From contig WALV01000019.1 of the NCBI GenBank assembly GCA_015522645.1, forward strand, positions 40,284 to 104,283: DNA of 64,000 bases. Direction: 5' to 3'. The notes below the pieces were generated by a model. That model worked only from the letters and a program-made list of their open reading frames with translations. It did not search any database and was not told the DNA's origin. The stretch comes from Candidatus Tiamatella sp. (GTDB taxonomy: Archaea > Thermoproteota > Thermoprotei_A > Sulfolobales > Acidilobaceae). This document shows positions 48,230 to 58,112 of this stretch, piece by piece. The number at the start of each line of letters is the position of its first letter. The first letter of the stretch is position 1. Position numbers and translations under genes: made by a program.

Positions 48230-49318
48230 GTGATGGTTATGACTGTGGATGCTGTTATAGCAGGCTTGGGAATAGCTGGTGCCCGAGTGGCAAGTATCTT
48301 GAGTAAGGCGGGGCTTAAAGTGAAGGCATACGACCCTGACACTAGTTATAGGAAACCGTGCGGAGAGGCAGTCCCTATAAACGAATATACTGAACGAATA
48401 GTAAATCGTTACACGGTATATAGAACCCTTATTAAGAAGTTCGAGGTTATAGTGGATGGACAAACAGTTTATGAGGAAGAATTTGGGGATCCAATATGGT
48501 ATATTATTGATAAAACCAGGCTCGTTTCAGCATTAAGAAAGGAAGCCGAAGATCATGGTGCAGAGATATATTATGAGCCATTCAAACAAGAGTCAAGTAC
48601 AGGGAGAACAATAACTATAGATGCTCGAGGGCCCTTTTCGGAGAGGGCGAAAGAGACCGTACCGGTGTACAGGATTATTTATCGTCCTCAGGTTAAGTGG
48701 CCAAGAGACAGGGTTCTAGTTGAGTTCGATACGAGGAAGCTAGGGTTTTACTGGATATTCCCCAGTAACCCGAGAGAGAATACCGTCAATGCGGGAGGAG
48801 GTTTTTACGGGATATCTAAACAGAGCTTGCTGCCAAAAACAGTGGACTTATATGTACATGAGAAAACAGGGATAGATGAAATATACTCGAAAGCAGCATC
48901 TCTTGTTAGGATTAAACCAGCAATCAGGCTTTGGAATGATGATGGAACCCTAAACGTTGGCGAAGCTGCAGGTTTCTTAATGTCTATTACTGGTGAAGGT
49001 ATCAGGCCAGGGCTTCTAAGCGCTGACTATTTAGCTGCATCGATTCTAGATAATCTAGGTGATTTTGGCGGTATAAGAAATTCCTATCGTAGGAGAACGG
49101 CTGGTTTAGTTAAGGAAACAGAGTTATCATCTAAGCTTTTCGAGGTCGTGGAAAAAACAGTTATCGGCGAGAGAAGAGAAATCCTTTCTAATGTACCCAA
49201 AGGATTTTGGAGGAAGTATTTCAAGGCTAAACTAACGCTAGGTACTATTATCCTCTCAGTGCTGAAAGAACCCTCAAGGGGCCTTAGATTGCTTCCTTAT
49301 CTCTTCAAATCGTTCTAA
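48230..49318 (+). CDS. Geranylgeranyl reductase-family FAD-dependent oxidoreductase
   Basis: AVIAGLGIAGARVA dinucleotide fold, the RKPCGEAVP motif typical of GGR, and GEAAGF. Confidence 0.65.
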   Translation: MMVMTVDAVIAGLGIAGARVASILSKAGLKVKAYDPDTSYRKPCGEAVPINEYTERIVNRYTVYRTLIKKFEVIVDGQTVYEEEFGDPIWYIIDKTRLVSALRKEAEDHGAEIYYEPFKQESSTGRTITIDARGPFSERAKETVPVYRIIYRPQVKWPRDRVLVEFDTRKLGFYWIFPSNPRENTVNAGGGFYGISKQSLLPKTVDLYVHEKTGIDEIYSKAASLVRIKPAIRLWNDDGTLNVGEAAGFLMSITGEGIRPGLLSADYLAASILDNLGDFGGIRNSYRRRTAGLVKETELSSKLFEVVEKTVIGERREILSNVPKGFWRKYFKAKLTLGTIILSVLKEPSRGLRLLPYLFKSF

Positions 49319-49853
49319 CGCTGTTCAATTTCTTCAGTATAACATCAGGATCAGAGGTTCTTCCTTTAATCACTATTTCATATACAAACATGTTTTTCTC
49401 AGCCTTTACGGAGACGTTTGCATTATGTAGCTTCAATTCTATACTCCCGTTAGTTTTCTCTATTCTATATCCATTGTTCTTTAGAATTTTTACCAGGTTG
49501 TCTAAGTCAACCTTATTTTCTTCGAACCCCTTCTCGAGATTAGAGAGCCTCGTCTCTACGGCAGATGCTACCTCTGGAATATCACTGTATTCTTCTTTCG
49601 TTATTTCAAGGATTTCTTTCATAACCCATAATGCTTTTTGATTCCGTGAAAGTATAATTAAATCCTCAAAATCACTGCTCAATATGAAATCCGCTAGTTT
49701 ACTGGGGTCTCCATCTATGCTTGAAAACCCGTATTTTACTTCTATTCTCCCCAAAGTTTCCCTGAGATCGTCTACGAAACTTGGTGGAAGTTTATCCGAG
49801 TTCTCTGCAAGTACATGGTTTACAATGTTTCTAAGGAAATCTCTTCTAGCCAC
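49305..49853 (-). CDS. Hypothetical protein (182 aa)
   Basis: Clean ORF. No motif recognised. Confidence 0.45.
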   Translation of the reverse strand: MARRDFLRNIVNHVLAENSDKLPPSFVDDLRETLGRIEVKYGFSSIDGDPSKLADFILSSDFEDLIILSRNQKALWVMKEILEITKEEYSDIPEVASAVETRLSNLEKGFEENKVDLDNLVKILKNNGYRIEKTNGSIELKLHNANVSVKAEKNMFVYEIVIKGRTSDPDVILKKLNSVRTI

Positions 49854-49932
49854 TTCAAATCACCTGAAACAATAGTTTGATCTGACTCATATAAAGCTTA
49901 GGAGTAGGCTTTAATAATTGAACAAAGCCTAA

Positions 49933-50250
49933 TTAGAAGGGCTCTACATCTCTATCCCCATATGATACTGCTTCTGCTATAATAGTATTTTCTCTAACAC
50001 TTTTTATACGTGCTTCAATAACCTCTCCTACAGTGGCATTTCCAAGGATAATCACATTGTATCCTCTATATTTACCGATACCACGCTCTTTCTCATCCAC
50101 GTCCATAATCTCTATCCTTATTGTTTGACCAGATCTAGGACGGTTTTTTGTTGTATTATCTTTTGGACGTGGCATGTTGGGATATATGCTTAAACGCCTT
50201 ATGTCACGAGAGGAAATGTTACTCCCCTTCTTATATCTATCCTTCACCAT
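49933..50250 (-). CDS. Small TRAM-domain protein with a basic N-terminus
   Basis: IRIEIMDVDEKERGIGKYRGYNVIILGNATVGEVIEARIKSVRENTIIAE fits the TRAM beta-barrel pattern. Confidence 0.5.
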   Translation of the reverse strand: MVKDRYKKGSNISSRDIRRLSIYPNMPRPKDNTTKNRPRSGQTIRIEIMDVDEKERGIGKYRGYNVIILGNATVGEVIEARIKSVRENTIIAEAVSYGDRDVEPF

Positions 50251-50335
50251 GGATCATGTCCCTACGTTGGTTCCATTAAGTAGAGCACCCGGGGAAGATT
50301 ATATATGTTTATGAGGGGAAAATCCATTATAACGC

Positions 50336-50395
50336 GCCGCATGATGAGTATATGGCGCCGGCTGAACAGTGACTGAGCTGAGCTACTCTGACGGC
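50336..50395 (+). ncRNA. C/D-box sRNA candidate
   Basis: GCCGC-AUGAUGA(C)-14 nt-CUGA(D')-ACAG-UGACUGA(C')-11 nt-CUGA(D)-CGGC. The short terminal complementarity is GCCG/CGGC. A TATA-like TTATATAT lies at 50299-50306, about 30 nt upstream, and the element is intergenic between divergent genes. Confidence 0.4.
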
Positions 50396-50412
50396 CTGCA
50401 GGTGTCCTCCAC

Positions 50413-52713
50413 GTGGAAGACCATTCGACTAAGAGATTCAGTGGAATAGTAATTTGGGGGTTTATAATATCCCTAATAATCAGCCTTGCATTACTTGTCA
50501 TACTCTACCAGAACGCTATGCTACTATCAAAGAATTGCTCTGGTGTATCATGCTATGTTAGCGATGAAGTGTATTATGTTAATGTTGCAAGAAAGATCCT
50601 AGTCAATATATTCCACATAGATCGTGGGGGATGGTGGCCCTCAAGTAGCTCTATAAAACCAGACTATTATAACCTTGAACATCCCCCTCTTGCTAAATAT
50701 TTCATAGGACTTTCAATGCTGTTATTCGGGGATAAACCGTTTTCATGGCGTATCCCGAGCATAGTGTTTACAGCTGCTCTTCCATTACTGGTTTACGCTG
50801 CTGTAATTAGATACTTTAACGGTGAGCTAGGCTTTTTAGCAGGGGTTCTAGCTGCGGTTTCTCTATTGTTTGACCCAGTAGTCCATACGATGGGAAGCTT
50901 GGCTATGCTCGACCCTTATCTTGCTTTCTTTTCAGCTCTAACGTTCGTCTTAGCAGTATACGATAGAAAGAATTTAGCGGGTATATCTCTAGGTTTGGCT
51001 CTAAGCGTCAAGTATAGTGGTTACTTCCTTGCACCATTCATCTACGTGTTGTTCAGATTGAAAGGAGAGAACCCGTGGAAAACATTATACTATGTGTTTA
51101 TATTACCAGTCATAGTGCTCTTCATATTGAACATTCCTTTGATCACGCATTTCGGTGTATCGACTTGGATTGATCAGAGCGTTATAGGAGCAATAGAATG
51201 GCATACCACGTCAAGAGGCCCGGGTCCCCCGGCTTCCTCTCCATGGGGATGGCTGTTAAATTCTAACTATTTCATAATGTCCTTCGAACCTTTCAGATAT
51301 CCGGCGACAGTGAATAGTGTAGTTTATATAATCGCACTGCTTTCCGCTATTATTCTACTACCTATGTTCATGCCTGGCAGAACCTTCTACGGTGTCGGTG
51401 CATTATTGTCTATATGGCTGGGATATGTTTTAACTTTTATAGCGGGAAACCATACATTATACAGTTTCTATACAATACAACTATCACCATTCGTAGCTAT
51501 AGCATTTTCCGAGACATTCATAGCACTATATCTATTGATGGAGGGAAAACTCGGCAGGTTATATAGGAGAAACCTAAAACCATATAAAAGTATCATTTTT
51601 AACGCTAAATTTGAAGAACTTCCAGAAGAATTCTCGTTGCTTCCATGGTTTACTAAGGACTACGCAATACCAGCTACTTTTATTTCAGCTATAGCGTTTC
51701 TCGGAGGAATATTTTTCATGCAAAAACCCGTTTTCTTAAACGATTATACAGGAATTGGCTGCATCATAAACCACGGCTATCCATCTGACCCCATAAAAAC
51801 AGGTTTGTACAACATTATTTTCGCCACAATACTGCTCCCCATGATATTACAGTTTTACAAGCCAAAACACAGTGACCTTAGAAGGTTATCACCTAGCTTA
51901 CTATTACTCATGGCAGGAGTGATTCTATCATCCTACAATGCCAACAGCCTGTTATCCCCGCTTATACTGATATCGGTTCTTTACCTATATAGGAATCGCT
52001 TGATAGGCATGTATTTGATGGGCTTATCAGCATATTCCCTGCCTGTTATTATAGGAATAACTGTATCAGCGGTTTTTCTAGCAACACCAATAGAATTTCT
52101 CTCACTTGTGACAGGAATCTTAACGGGAATAATTCTAGCAGTAGGATACTGTGGAAGCTCTGCTGCATTAAACGGGTTCCTATACCTGTTTAACTATAGA
52201 AACAGTCTCAACATATTCAATATTATAGGAGGATTAACCTTTAACGAGCAAATGGCCATGCTTTCCTTGGCATTTATAGTGTTATTAGTACTTATACATA
52301 ATAAAGTCTCAACTATACGGAAAGAAGCCAAAAACAGGCCGGTAAACACGGATTATTTAGTCCTAACTTTCTCGGTTGCCTCTATATTCACCTACTCCTT
52401 AACAAACATGTTTAGCCCGGAAAGAATAGCACCGTTCCTGTTATTATTAGCATTATACAACGCATATAGTAAAAGAGGACCAGGATTCTATGCTGCATTA
52501 GCCAGTATAGCGGGGATCTCCTCGGTATACATTATTCCATACAGTAATGACGTTTCAAAAATTCTATTCAAATATATACCTTCAAGCGGACTTGACCCAT
52601 TCGCTCTCCACAACATTATAGGATACCTATTCCACATAGTAATACTAGGATTGACCCTTTACTGGCTAGGTGAAAGAAGTGACAATAAATATGTTAAAGG
52701 AATGGATAAATGA
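50413..52713 (+). CDS. GT-C fold glycosyltransferase, PMT/ArnT (GT39/GT83)-like, with a large extra polytopic C-terminal region
   Basis: YVSDEVYYV (DE motif in the first loop) and LEHPPLAKYFIG are typical of the dolichyl-phosphate-sugar protein mannosyltransferase / ArnT family. There are about 20 hydrophobic segments. Confidence 0.6.
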   Translation: MEDHSTKRFSGIVIWGFIISLIISLALLVILYQNAMLLSKNCSGVSCYVSDEVYYVNVARKILVNIFHIDRGGWWPSSSSIKPDYYNLEHPPLAKYFIGLSMLLFGDKPFSWRIPSIVFTAALPLLVYAAVIRYFNGELGFLAGVLAAVSLLFDPVVHTMGSLAMLDPYLAFFSALTFVLAVYDRKNLAGISLGLALSVKYSGYFLAPFIYVLFRLKGENPWKTLYYVFILPVIVLFILNIPLITHFGVSTWIDQSVIGAIEWHTTSRGPGPPASSPWGWLLNSNYFIMSFEPFRYPATVNSVVYIIALLSAIILLPMFMPGRTFYGVGALLSIWLGYVLTFIAGNHTLYSFYTIQLSPFVAIAFSETFIALYLLMEGKLGRLYRRNLKPYKSIIFNAKFEELPEEFSLLPWFTKDYAIPATFISAIAFLGGIFFMQKPVFLNDYTGIGCIINHGYPSDPIKTGLYNIIFATILLPMILQFYKPKHSDLRRLSPSLLLLMAGVILSSYNANSLLSPLILISVLYLYRNRLIGMYLMGLSAYSLPVIIGITVSAVFLATPIEFLSLVTGILTGIILAVGYCGSSAALNGFLYLFNYRNSLNIFNIIGGLTFNEQMAMLSLAFIVLLVLIHNKVSTIRKEAKNRPVNTDYLVLTFSVASIFTYSLTNMFSPERIAPFLLLLALYNAYSKRGPGFYAALASIAGISSVYIIPYSNDVSKILFKYIPSSGLDPFALHNIIGYLFHIVILGLTLYWLGERSDNKYVKGMDK

Positions 52714-53329
52714 GCTAGGAGTAGCCGGTAAGACAGTTGTGTTAAAGAACTCTAGCAAGCGGATAGCTCTAATCCTATCCAGTATTACATGTAGGAATAT
52801 TAATTTAAAGTGTAGGAGAAATGCAATTATACATGATAACTATCTTGGCTTAATTAGATTCTTGGAAGAATGCAAGTGTGAATACGAAATAGCTGGCAGT
52901 CCATGTGATACAGACATATTGATTTCCAGAGAGTTCCCCATGAAAAAGATATGCGGGAGACCAAGGCTAGTCATAGTAGGCAGGGCGCTGGGTTTTCATG
53001 ATTACAATAGAATTGATTTCGTCTTCTTCACACGTACAGTGATACCCAATCAATACGTTGTTGAAATCAATAATATTAAATTCCTGGTTAGAACATCTAA
53101 ATGCTCTATTAATCCAGTAGTATTATCAGATGAGGAGAAAAAACTTCTACGGCAGATCCGCGCGTCACTAGAAGAAAATGGTTATCCCGACCGAGAGACG
53201 ATCTTACTTATTATTGAATCCTTCTATAATGTAGGTAGAAGCCAAGCACGCCACATAATGTACGAGATGGCTGAAAAAGGGCTTCTTGTGATGTCAAAAA
53301 ACTACATTGAGATACCGTACTTCGAGTAG
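52670..53329 (+). CDS. Hypothetical protein with a possible C-terminal winged-helix
   Basis: Clean ORF that overlaps the end of the GT gene. The C-terminus SQARHIMYEMAEKGLLV is HTH-like. Confidence 0.45.
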   Translation: MKEVTINMLKEWINELGVAGKTVVLKNSSKRIALILSSITCRNINLKCRRNAIIHDNYLGLIRFLEECKCEYEIAGSPCDTDILISREFPMKKICGRPRLVIVGRALGFHDYNRIDFVFFTRTVIPNQYVVEINNIKFLVRTSKCSINPVVLSDEEKKLLRQIRASLEENGYPDRETILLIIESFYNVGRSQARHIMYEMAEKGLLVMSKNYIEIPYFE

Positions 53330-53432
53330 CTAAACGGAATTAGTTGTAAAGAGAGATTTATGGCGGCATGTTTATATACTCTGCATGAGACTAGATAAAC
53401 CCGCACAAATTTAAAAGCGTGGAAGATGAGTC

Positions 53433-53870
53433 TTGGAAGAAGAGAATAAGAAAATATCCGAACTCAAACCCGATATGGATAATGTGTCTGTAAAAGTTCG
53501 TGTTATCGAAACCTTTGAACCTAAAACGGTTCAAACCCGAAAAGGAGAGAGAACAATAAGCGAGGCAATAGTAGGAGACGGCACTGGTAGAGTCAAACTA
53601 ACTCTATGGGGAGAGCATGCAGATACTCTCAAAGAAGGTCAGGCTGTTGAAGTAAAAGGCGGATGGACTACCAGTTTTAGGGGAGAAGTACAGTTAAACG
53701 TTGGTTTTAGAGGAGAAGTTAATGAGATCGGAGACGAAGAAGTACCTCAAGTAGAGGAAATACCTGAAGAGGTACCCAAGGGAGAGTCGCAAAGGAGAAG
53801 ATATGGCGGTTCGAGGAGATACGGCCAGTCAAGAGGCTACAGAAGAGGATACGGTAATAGGAACTACTGA
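53433..53870 (+). CDS. ssb: Crenarchaeal single-OB-fold ssDNA-binding protein (SSB) with an RGG-type tail
   Basis: ISELKPDMDNVSVKVRVIE...RTISEAIVGDGTGRVKLTLWGEHA...GGWTTSFRGEVQLNVG is near-collinear with Sulfolobus SSB. The tail is RRRYGGSRRYGQSRGYRRGYG. Confidence 0.9.
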   Translation: MEEENKKISELKPDMDNVSVKVRVIETFEPKTVQTRKGERTISEAIVGDGTGRVKLTLWGEHADTLKEGQAVEVKGGWTTSFRGEVQLNVGFRGEVNEIGDEEVPQVEEIPEEVPKGESQRRRYGGSRRYGQSRGYRRGYGNRNY

Positions 53871-53989
53871 GCTCCGTACTGAATGATTCTTAAAATAATA
53901 ATTATAAATATTATATTATTTTAGTTCAACCCGTTTATACAAAATGTTTTCTTTCTACTATCACTCGACCCTAAACTCAGGTGAAGTAG

Positions 53990-55285
53990 TTGGCGTCTTA
54001 TAGGTTTATGAGGAGGCTTAACAGCGTCGATAAAGCAATAGGAACAGTATATGAATATTTACGGAACAACTTGACTGTAGAATCTAGGTGTATAGATAGT
54101 AATATAATAGGTTCCTATTCTGCCGAAGAAGTTAGAGCCAACAGGGATATACCTCCCTCTAATAGGGCTGTAGTTGATGGTTGTGCAGCAATATCCCTAG
54201 ATTTAGGAGGTGCGTCACCAGAAGCACCAGTCATCCTCCGGAAGATGGGATCCATATATGCAGGGGACACTAGCGATACCGTTTTGAATAGGGGGGAATG
54301 CATAGAAGTAGCCACAGGTGCTGTTTTACCAGCAAACGCCGATGTTGTAGTTCCCGCGGAGTATTTAGTGGATATAAGCCAAGGCAACATAGGGGTTATT
54401 AAAGAATTCAACTCAGGATATGGTGTAAGTCTGAAAGGCGAAGACCTGAAGTCAGGTGAGATAGTGATTAATCTAGGGGATATCATACTAGAGCACCATG
54501 TCGCCATGGTTTCAGCTCTAGGTATCCCGACCCTCAAGACCTGGAGGCTCCCGAAAGTATCCATCATTTCCACGGGGAGTGAAATAGTTGAACCTGGACA
54601 GGAGCTTGTTCCAGGGAAAATATATGATTCCACGAGAAGACTGGTGAAAGGTTTCTTGAAACGACTAGGTTTTACCGATATAAACGATTATGGTATAGTT
54701 CCGGATGATAAGGATACTATTAGAGAATTACTGGAGAGAGCAACAATCGAGTCGGACATGATTATAACAATAGGGGGTACAAGTGTTGGAAAGAGAGATA
54801 CGACCATACGAGCTATTGAGGAAATGAATCCCGTATCATTCATTCACGGGTTTGCTCTAACCCCAGGAAGGCCTTTCGGCATAGCGAGAACAAGGCCAGG
54901 TAAACTAATAGTTTCCCTAAGTGGAATGCCTGTAGCTGCACTCACAGAGTTGATGGCCATCATAGAGCCAGCACTATCAATAGCTTTGGGAAGAGCGAAA
55001 AGAATACTACCTGTGGTTAAAGGAGTACTGAAGAAGAAACTAGTTACTCATCCTGGAATGCTGAATTACGTAAGATCTAAATTGTCATGCAGCCCTGATG
55101 GTAGATTATATGTAGAACCATTGAGGCTTACAGGTAGCGGAATTCTTTCCACGTTAAGAGAAGGACCTGGAATAGTTGTCGTCCCGCCTGATATAACAGG
55201 GTATAATGAGGGGGATATAGTTGAGGTAATTATCTATAATACAGATTCTCTAGACTGTACTAGGAACATGGGTGAAGTAAAGTGA
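53990..55285 (+). CDS. moeA: Molybdopterin molybdenumtransferase MoeA
   Basis: Four-domain MoeA layout: SNRAVVDGCA, ISTGSEIVEPG...GKIYDS, ITIGGTSVGKRD. Confidence 0.85.
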   Translation: MASYRFMRRLNSVDKAIGTVYEYLRNNLTVESRCIDSNIIGSYSAEEVRANRDIPPSNRAVVDGCAAISLDLGGASPEAPVILRKMGSIYAGDTSDTVLNRGECIEVATGAVLPANADVVVPAEYLVDISQGNIGVIKEFNSGYGVSLKGEDLKSGEIVINLGDIILEHHVAMVSALGIPTLKTWRLPKVSIISTGSEIVEPGQELVPGKIYDSTRRLVKGFLKRLGFTDINDYGIVPDDKDTIRELLERATIESDMIITIGGTSVGKRDTTIRAIEEMNPVSFIHGFALTPGRPFGIARTRPGKLIVSLSGMPVAALTELMAIIEPALSIALGRAKRILPVVKGVLKKKLVTHPGMLNYVRSKLSCSPDGRLYVEPLRLTGSGILSTLREGPGIVVVPPDITGYNEGDIVEVIIYNTDSLDCTRNMGEVK

Positions 55286-57018
55286 AAGGACGTAAAGTGT
55301 TTAAAAAACTTGTCGAGCCAGCAGAAGCTATAAATACACTGCTAATGGAAACAAAAGAGGTTTTTCTCAAACATGTGTTAAGTGAAAGCCTAGAAGTGAA
55401 AATAGAGGAGGCTACTGGTAGATTATTAGTTGAAAACGTGTATTCGCTGATCGATCTACCATATTATCCTAGATCACTTGTCGACGGCTGCGCAGTAAAA
55501 TCATCTGACACTAAACACGCGGATGAAGCTAATCCTGTAGAATTAAAGTATAAGGGCCTGATTCATGTTGGTGAGAAACCAATAGACAAAGTATCTGAAG
55601 GTTCATGTATAGAGGTTGACACAGGTGCTTGGATTCCCATAGGAGCAGACTCTGTTGTACCAATAGAATATGTAGAACTCAAAGGGGAAACAGCGGTATT
55701 GTCCAAAAGTAGCGGTGTAGGGATGAATGTTGCATTACCTTCTACTGACATAGGGAAAGGAGATTTGATTGCTTCAAAGGGAACTCTGATAACTCCGGAA
55801 CTCATCTCTTCAATAGCATCAGTAGGTTTGGATACTGTAAAGGCGTCCCGCCCATTACGCGTGTCGATAGGTAGTACTGGTGACGAACTCCTAGAACCCG
55901 GGGAACTAATGGTCGAAGGCAAAATATACAATTCTAACAGATCCTACCTAATAAGCCGTGTAAGACAGCTTGGAATGGATGTGATAGACTATAGAATAAT
56001 TCCAGACGATTTAGACGAGCTTGAAGCCAAACTGTTAGACGCAATGAAGAATTCTGATATCATTATATTTACAGGGGGAACGTCAGCTGGCCCTGAAGAC
56101 ATCCTATATAGAGCGGCTGGAAAAATAGGTAAAATTCTCGTACATGGCCTCAAAATAAAACCGGGTAAACCTACTATCATAGGTCTACTAGGAGATAAAC
56201 CCTTTTTTGGATTACCTGGCAATCCCAGAAGTGCTCTGAACGTTTTCGAGAAAGTCGTGGAAGAGTATTTCTATAAAATGGGTTTGATAACAAAGAAAAA
56301 TTTCACTATCGACTTATATGAATTACCCGTCAATGTTTTCGGGACTAGAGGTAGGAGAACGTATATGCCAGTCTCGGTGGACAATATTTATGCTTGGCCT
56401 GTTGCAAGGGACAGTTATATGATTGCATCATATGCTTGGGCCGACGGATATATCGAAATACCCTCTGACACTTATTCTCCTTTGACTAAGGGAGAGAAAG
56501 TGAGTGTTGAATTGTTCAAGCATCCTGTAAAGACTGTTTATTCTCTTACAGATATAGGCAATTTAAGAGAGTACTCGAATATAATTGAGACGGCCATTGG
56601 TTACGGGCTATACAAAATTATTCCTGTTCCACGTGACCAAATAGATGATGTTGTTATAGGGAATATGGAGCACTTCATTACAACAGACCTACTAATGAAG
56701 GGTAAAAAACGTAGTAATGACTTGCTGTACACACAGATGTATTCGAGAGAACTAGTAAGGCTAGAAAGAACTGGTAAATGCAGATATACCGGAATAAGAG
56801 CAGGCTATGGATTTCTAGCTAAACAGTTTAATGGCGCAATACTTTATCATCCAAGGTTTCAAGGCATTACCATCTTGTTTAGAAGAGGATATATAGATTG
56901 TGCTATTGTCCCCTCGGATCTACTGGAAGAGAATAGAGATCTCGGAAAATATGCTACAGATACTGTTGCCAACGAAGATGTTCTGCTGATCTCAAAGATC
57001 AAGAGTAACATTACATAA
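55282..57018 (+). CDS. moeA: MoeA paralogue fused to a C-terminal periplasmic-binding-protein-like domain
   Basis: The MoeA core has RSLVDGCA, GSTGDELLEPG...GKIYNSN and FTGGTSAGPED. About 170 extra C-terminal residues follow. Confidence 0.8.
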   Translation: MKGRKVFKKLVEPAEAINTLLMETKEVFLKHVLSESLEVKIEEATGRLLVENVYSLIDLPYYPRSLVDGCAVKSSDTKHADEANPVELKYKGLIHVGEKPIDKVSEGSCIEVDTGAWIPIGADSVVPIEYVELKGETAVLSKSSGVGMNVALPSTDIGKGDLIASKGTLITPELISSIASVGLDTVKASRPLRVSIGSTGDELLEPGELMVEGKIYNSNRSYLISRVRQLGMDVIDYRIIPDDLDELEAKLLDAMKNSDIIIFTGGTSAGPEDILYRAAGKIGKILVHGLKIKPGKPTIIGLLGDKPFFGLPGNPRSALNVFEKVVEEYFYKMGLITKKNFTIDLYELPVNVFGTRGRRTYMPVSVDNIYAWPVARDSYMIASYAWADGYIEIPSDTYSPLTKGEKVSVELFKHPVKTVYSLTDIGNLREYSNIIETAIGYGLYKIIPVPRDQIDDVVIGNMEHFITTDLLMKGKKRSNDLLYTQMYSRELVRLERTGKCRYTGIRAGYGFLAKQFNGAILYHPRFQGITILFRRGYIDCAIVPSDLLEENRDLGKYATDTVANEDVLLISKIKSNIT

Positions 57019-57122
57019 CTATTTCTATAGAAAATAACTATAATACACTTAGGGCTGTGACGACTGCGCCGGAATCAGATAGAACTAGTGAAGACAGAGA
57101 GGTTTCAGCCGAGCCCTTTCAA

Positions 57123-57329
57123 CTAATTAATTTCAGGGTAATCAATAGGTACTTTCGCTTTGAAGAATCTTCCCGTATGAGGGCACTGGAATTGACCCAT
57201 TTTCAGGTTATCTCTTATTTTCCAGACTTTCTTGGGAACGAGTATTTCCTCCTTACCCGTATAAGGGTTGAAAACTTTTACCGGAGGCAACCTATTCACT
57301 TTTCCTCCCACTAATGTCATAACTGTCAC
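57123..57329 (-). CDS. cren7: Chromatin protein Cren7
   Basis: VKVFNPYTGKEEILVPKKVWKI...GQFQCPHTGRFFKAKVPIDYPE parallels Sulfolobus Cren7 (VKVKTPAGKEAELVPEKVW...[22 protein letters not shown]). Confidence 0.8.
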   Translation of the reverse strand: MTVMTLVGGKVNRLPPVKVFNPYTGKEEILVPKKVWKIRDNLKMGQFQCPHTGRFFKAKVPIDYPEIN

Positions 57330-57469
57330 CCTTATTGTAAGTTTCTTTCCATTAAGAAATTAACTTATGTATAATGTTTAATAAGTTTTCAACAGCTCCA
57401 ACCGTGTATTAATACTAGAACAACATTCCATGTAGAGTAACTAGGATAAAGCAAGTTGATTATAATAAA

Positions 57470-58087
57470 CTAGCAGGATACTGCACGTGTTTTTGCACAG
57501 TAATTCAATATATCCACAATCCTGGAAAGGAGCGCTTCTACATTTCTGAAGACGTACTTAATTAATGCAAGGTTCTCGTAGACCTCTTCAGGATTGGATG
57601 TATCGATATCTATTAACTCTGATCCCTCACTGCTCGGAAGATCGAATTTCAAGTGTTGATCACCACTAACGCTAAGAGAGCCCCCCTTCTCCTTCACTGT
57701 TACACCGTCTTCATTTATTGACAATGCAAAACTATTACTGCCATATTTATAAATAGCGAACAAGTTTTCTCTTGCTATAAATCCCGTGTTGCCGCACTCT
57801 GTTGTGCAATACTCCTCTTCCTTACCCTTTACACAATTATCCACGGATTTTGAAAGGCATAAGGTTTTTCCATAGATAATGTTAGCCCTAGATAAAATAT
57901 CGATTACTCTAGAATACGCACTTCTCGTCATGATGTTTTTCAGTCCTTCGGTTGGTATAGATGAAAGAACATCCTCGTATTTCTCTACTACTCTCTTCAA
58001 GGTCTCACTGACTTCTACTGCCATTTCAGATGCACCGGAACCATAAAATGAATGTTCCATGGTATTAAAATGATAACCATGCATCAA
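57470..58087 (-). CDS. Hypothetical protein (205 aa)
   Basis: Clean ORF. No motif recognised. Confidence 0.45.
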   Translation of the reverse strand: MMHGYHFNTMEHSFYGSGASEMAVEVSETLKRVVEKYEDVLSSIPTEGLKNIMTRSAYSRVIDILSRANIIYGKTLCLSKSVDNCVKGKEEEYCTTECGNTGFIARENLFAIYKYGSNSFALSINEDGVTVKEKGGSLSVSGDQHLKFDLPSSEGSELIDIDTSNPEEVYENLALIKYVFRNVEALLSRIVDILNYCAKTRAVSC

Positions 58088-58112
58088 GGTCTAGGAAAGC
58101 TTCAAGAAGACT

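Noticed and set aside
50377-50387. Reading the GCTGAGCTAC 10-mer as a relic of a minus-strand tRNA gene
   Set aside because: Testing the minus strand for a cloverleaf found no D-stem 3' strand, anticodon arm or T-arm. The match to tRNA does not extend beyond ~11 nt. It is kept only as a caveat to the sRNA guide interpretation.
50262-50501. 79-aa (-) ORF in the TRAM/GT divergent region
   Set aside because: It spans the promoter-like region, the C/D sRNA candidate and the start of the GT gene. Its composition is not protein-like.
57057-57314. 85-aa (+) ORF
   Set aside because: It is antisense to the clearly recognisable cren7 gene.
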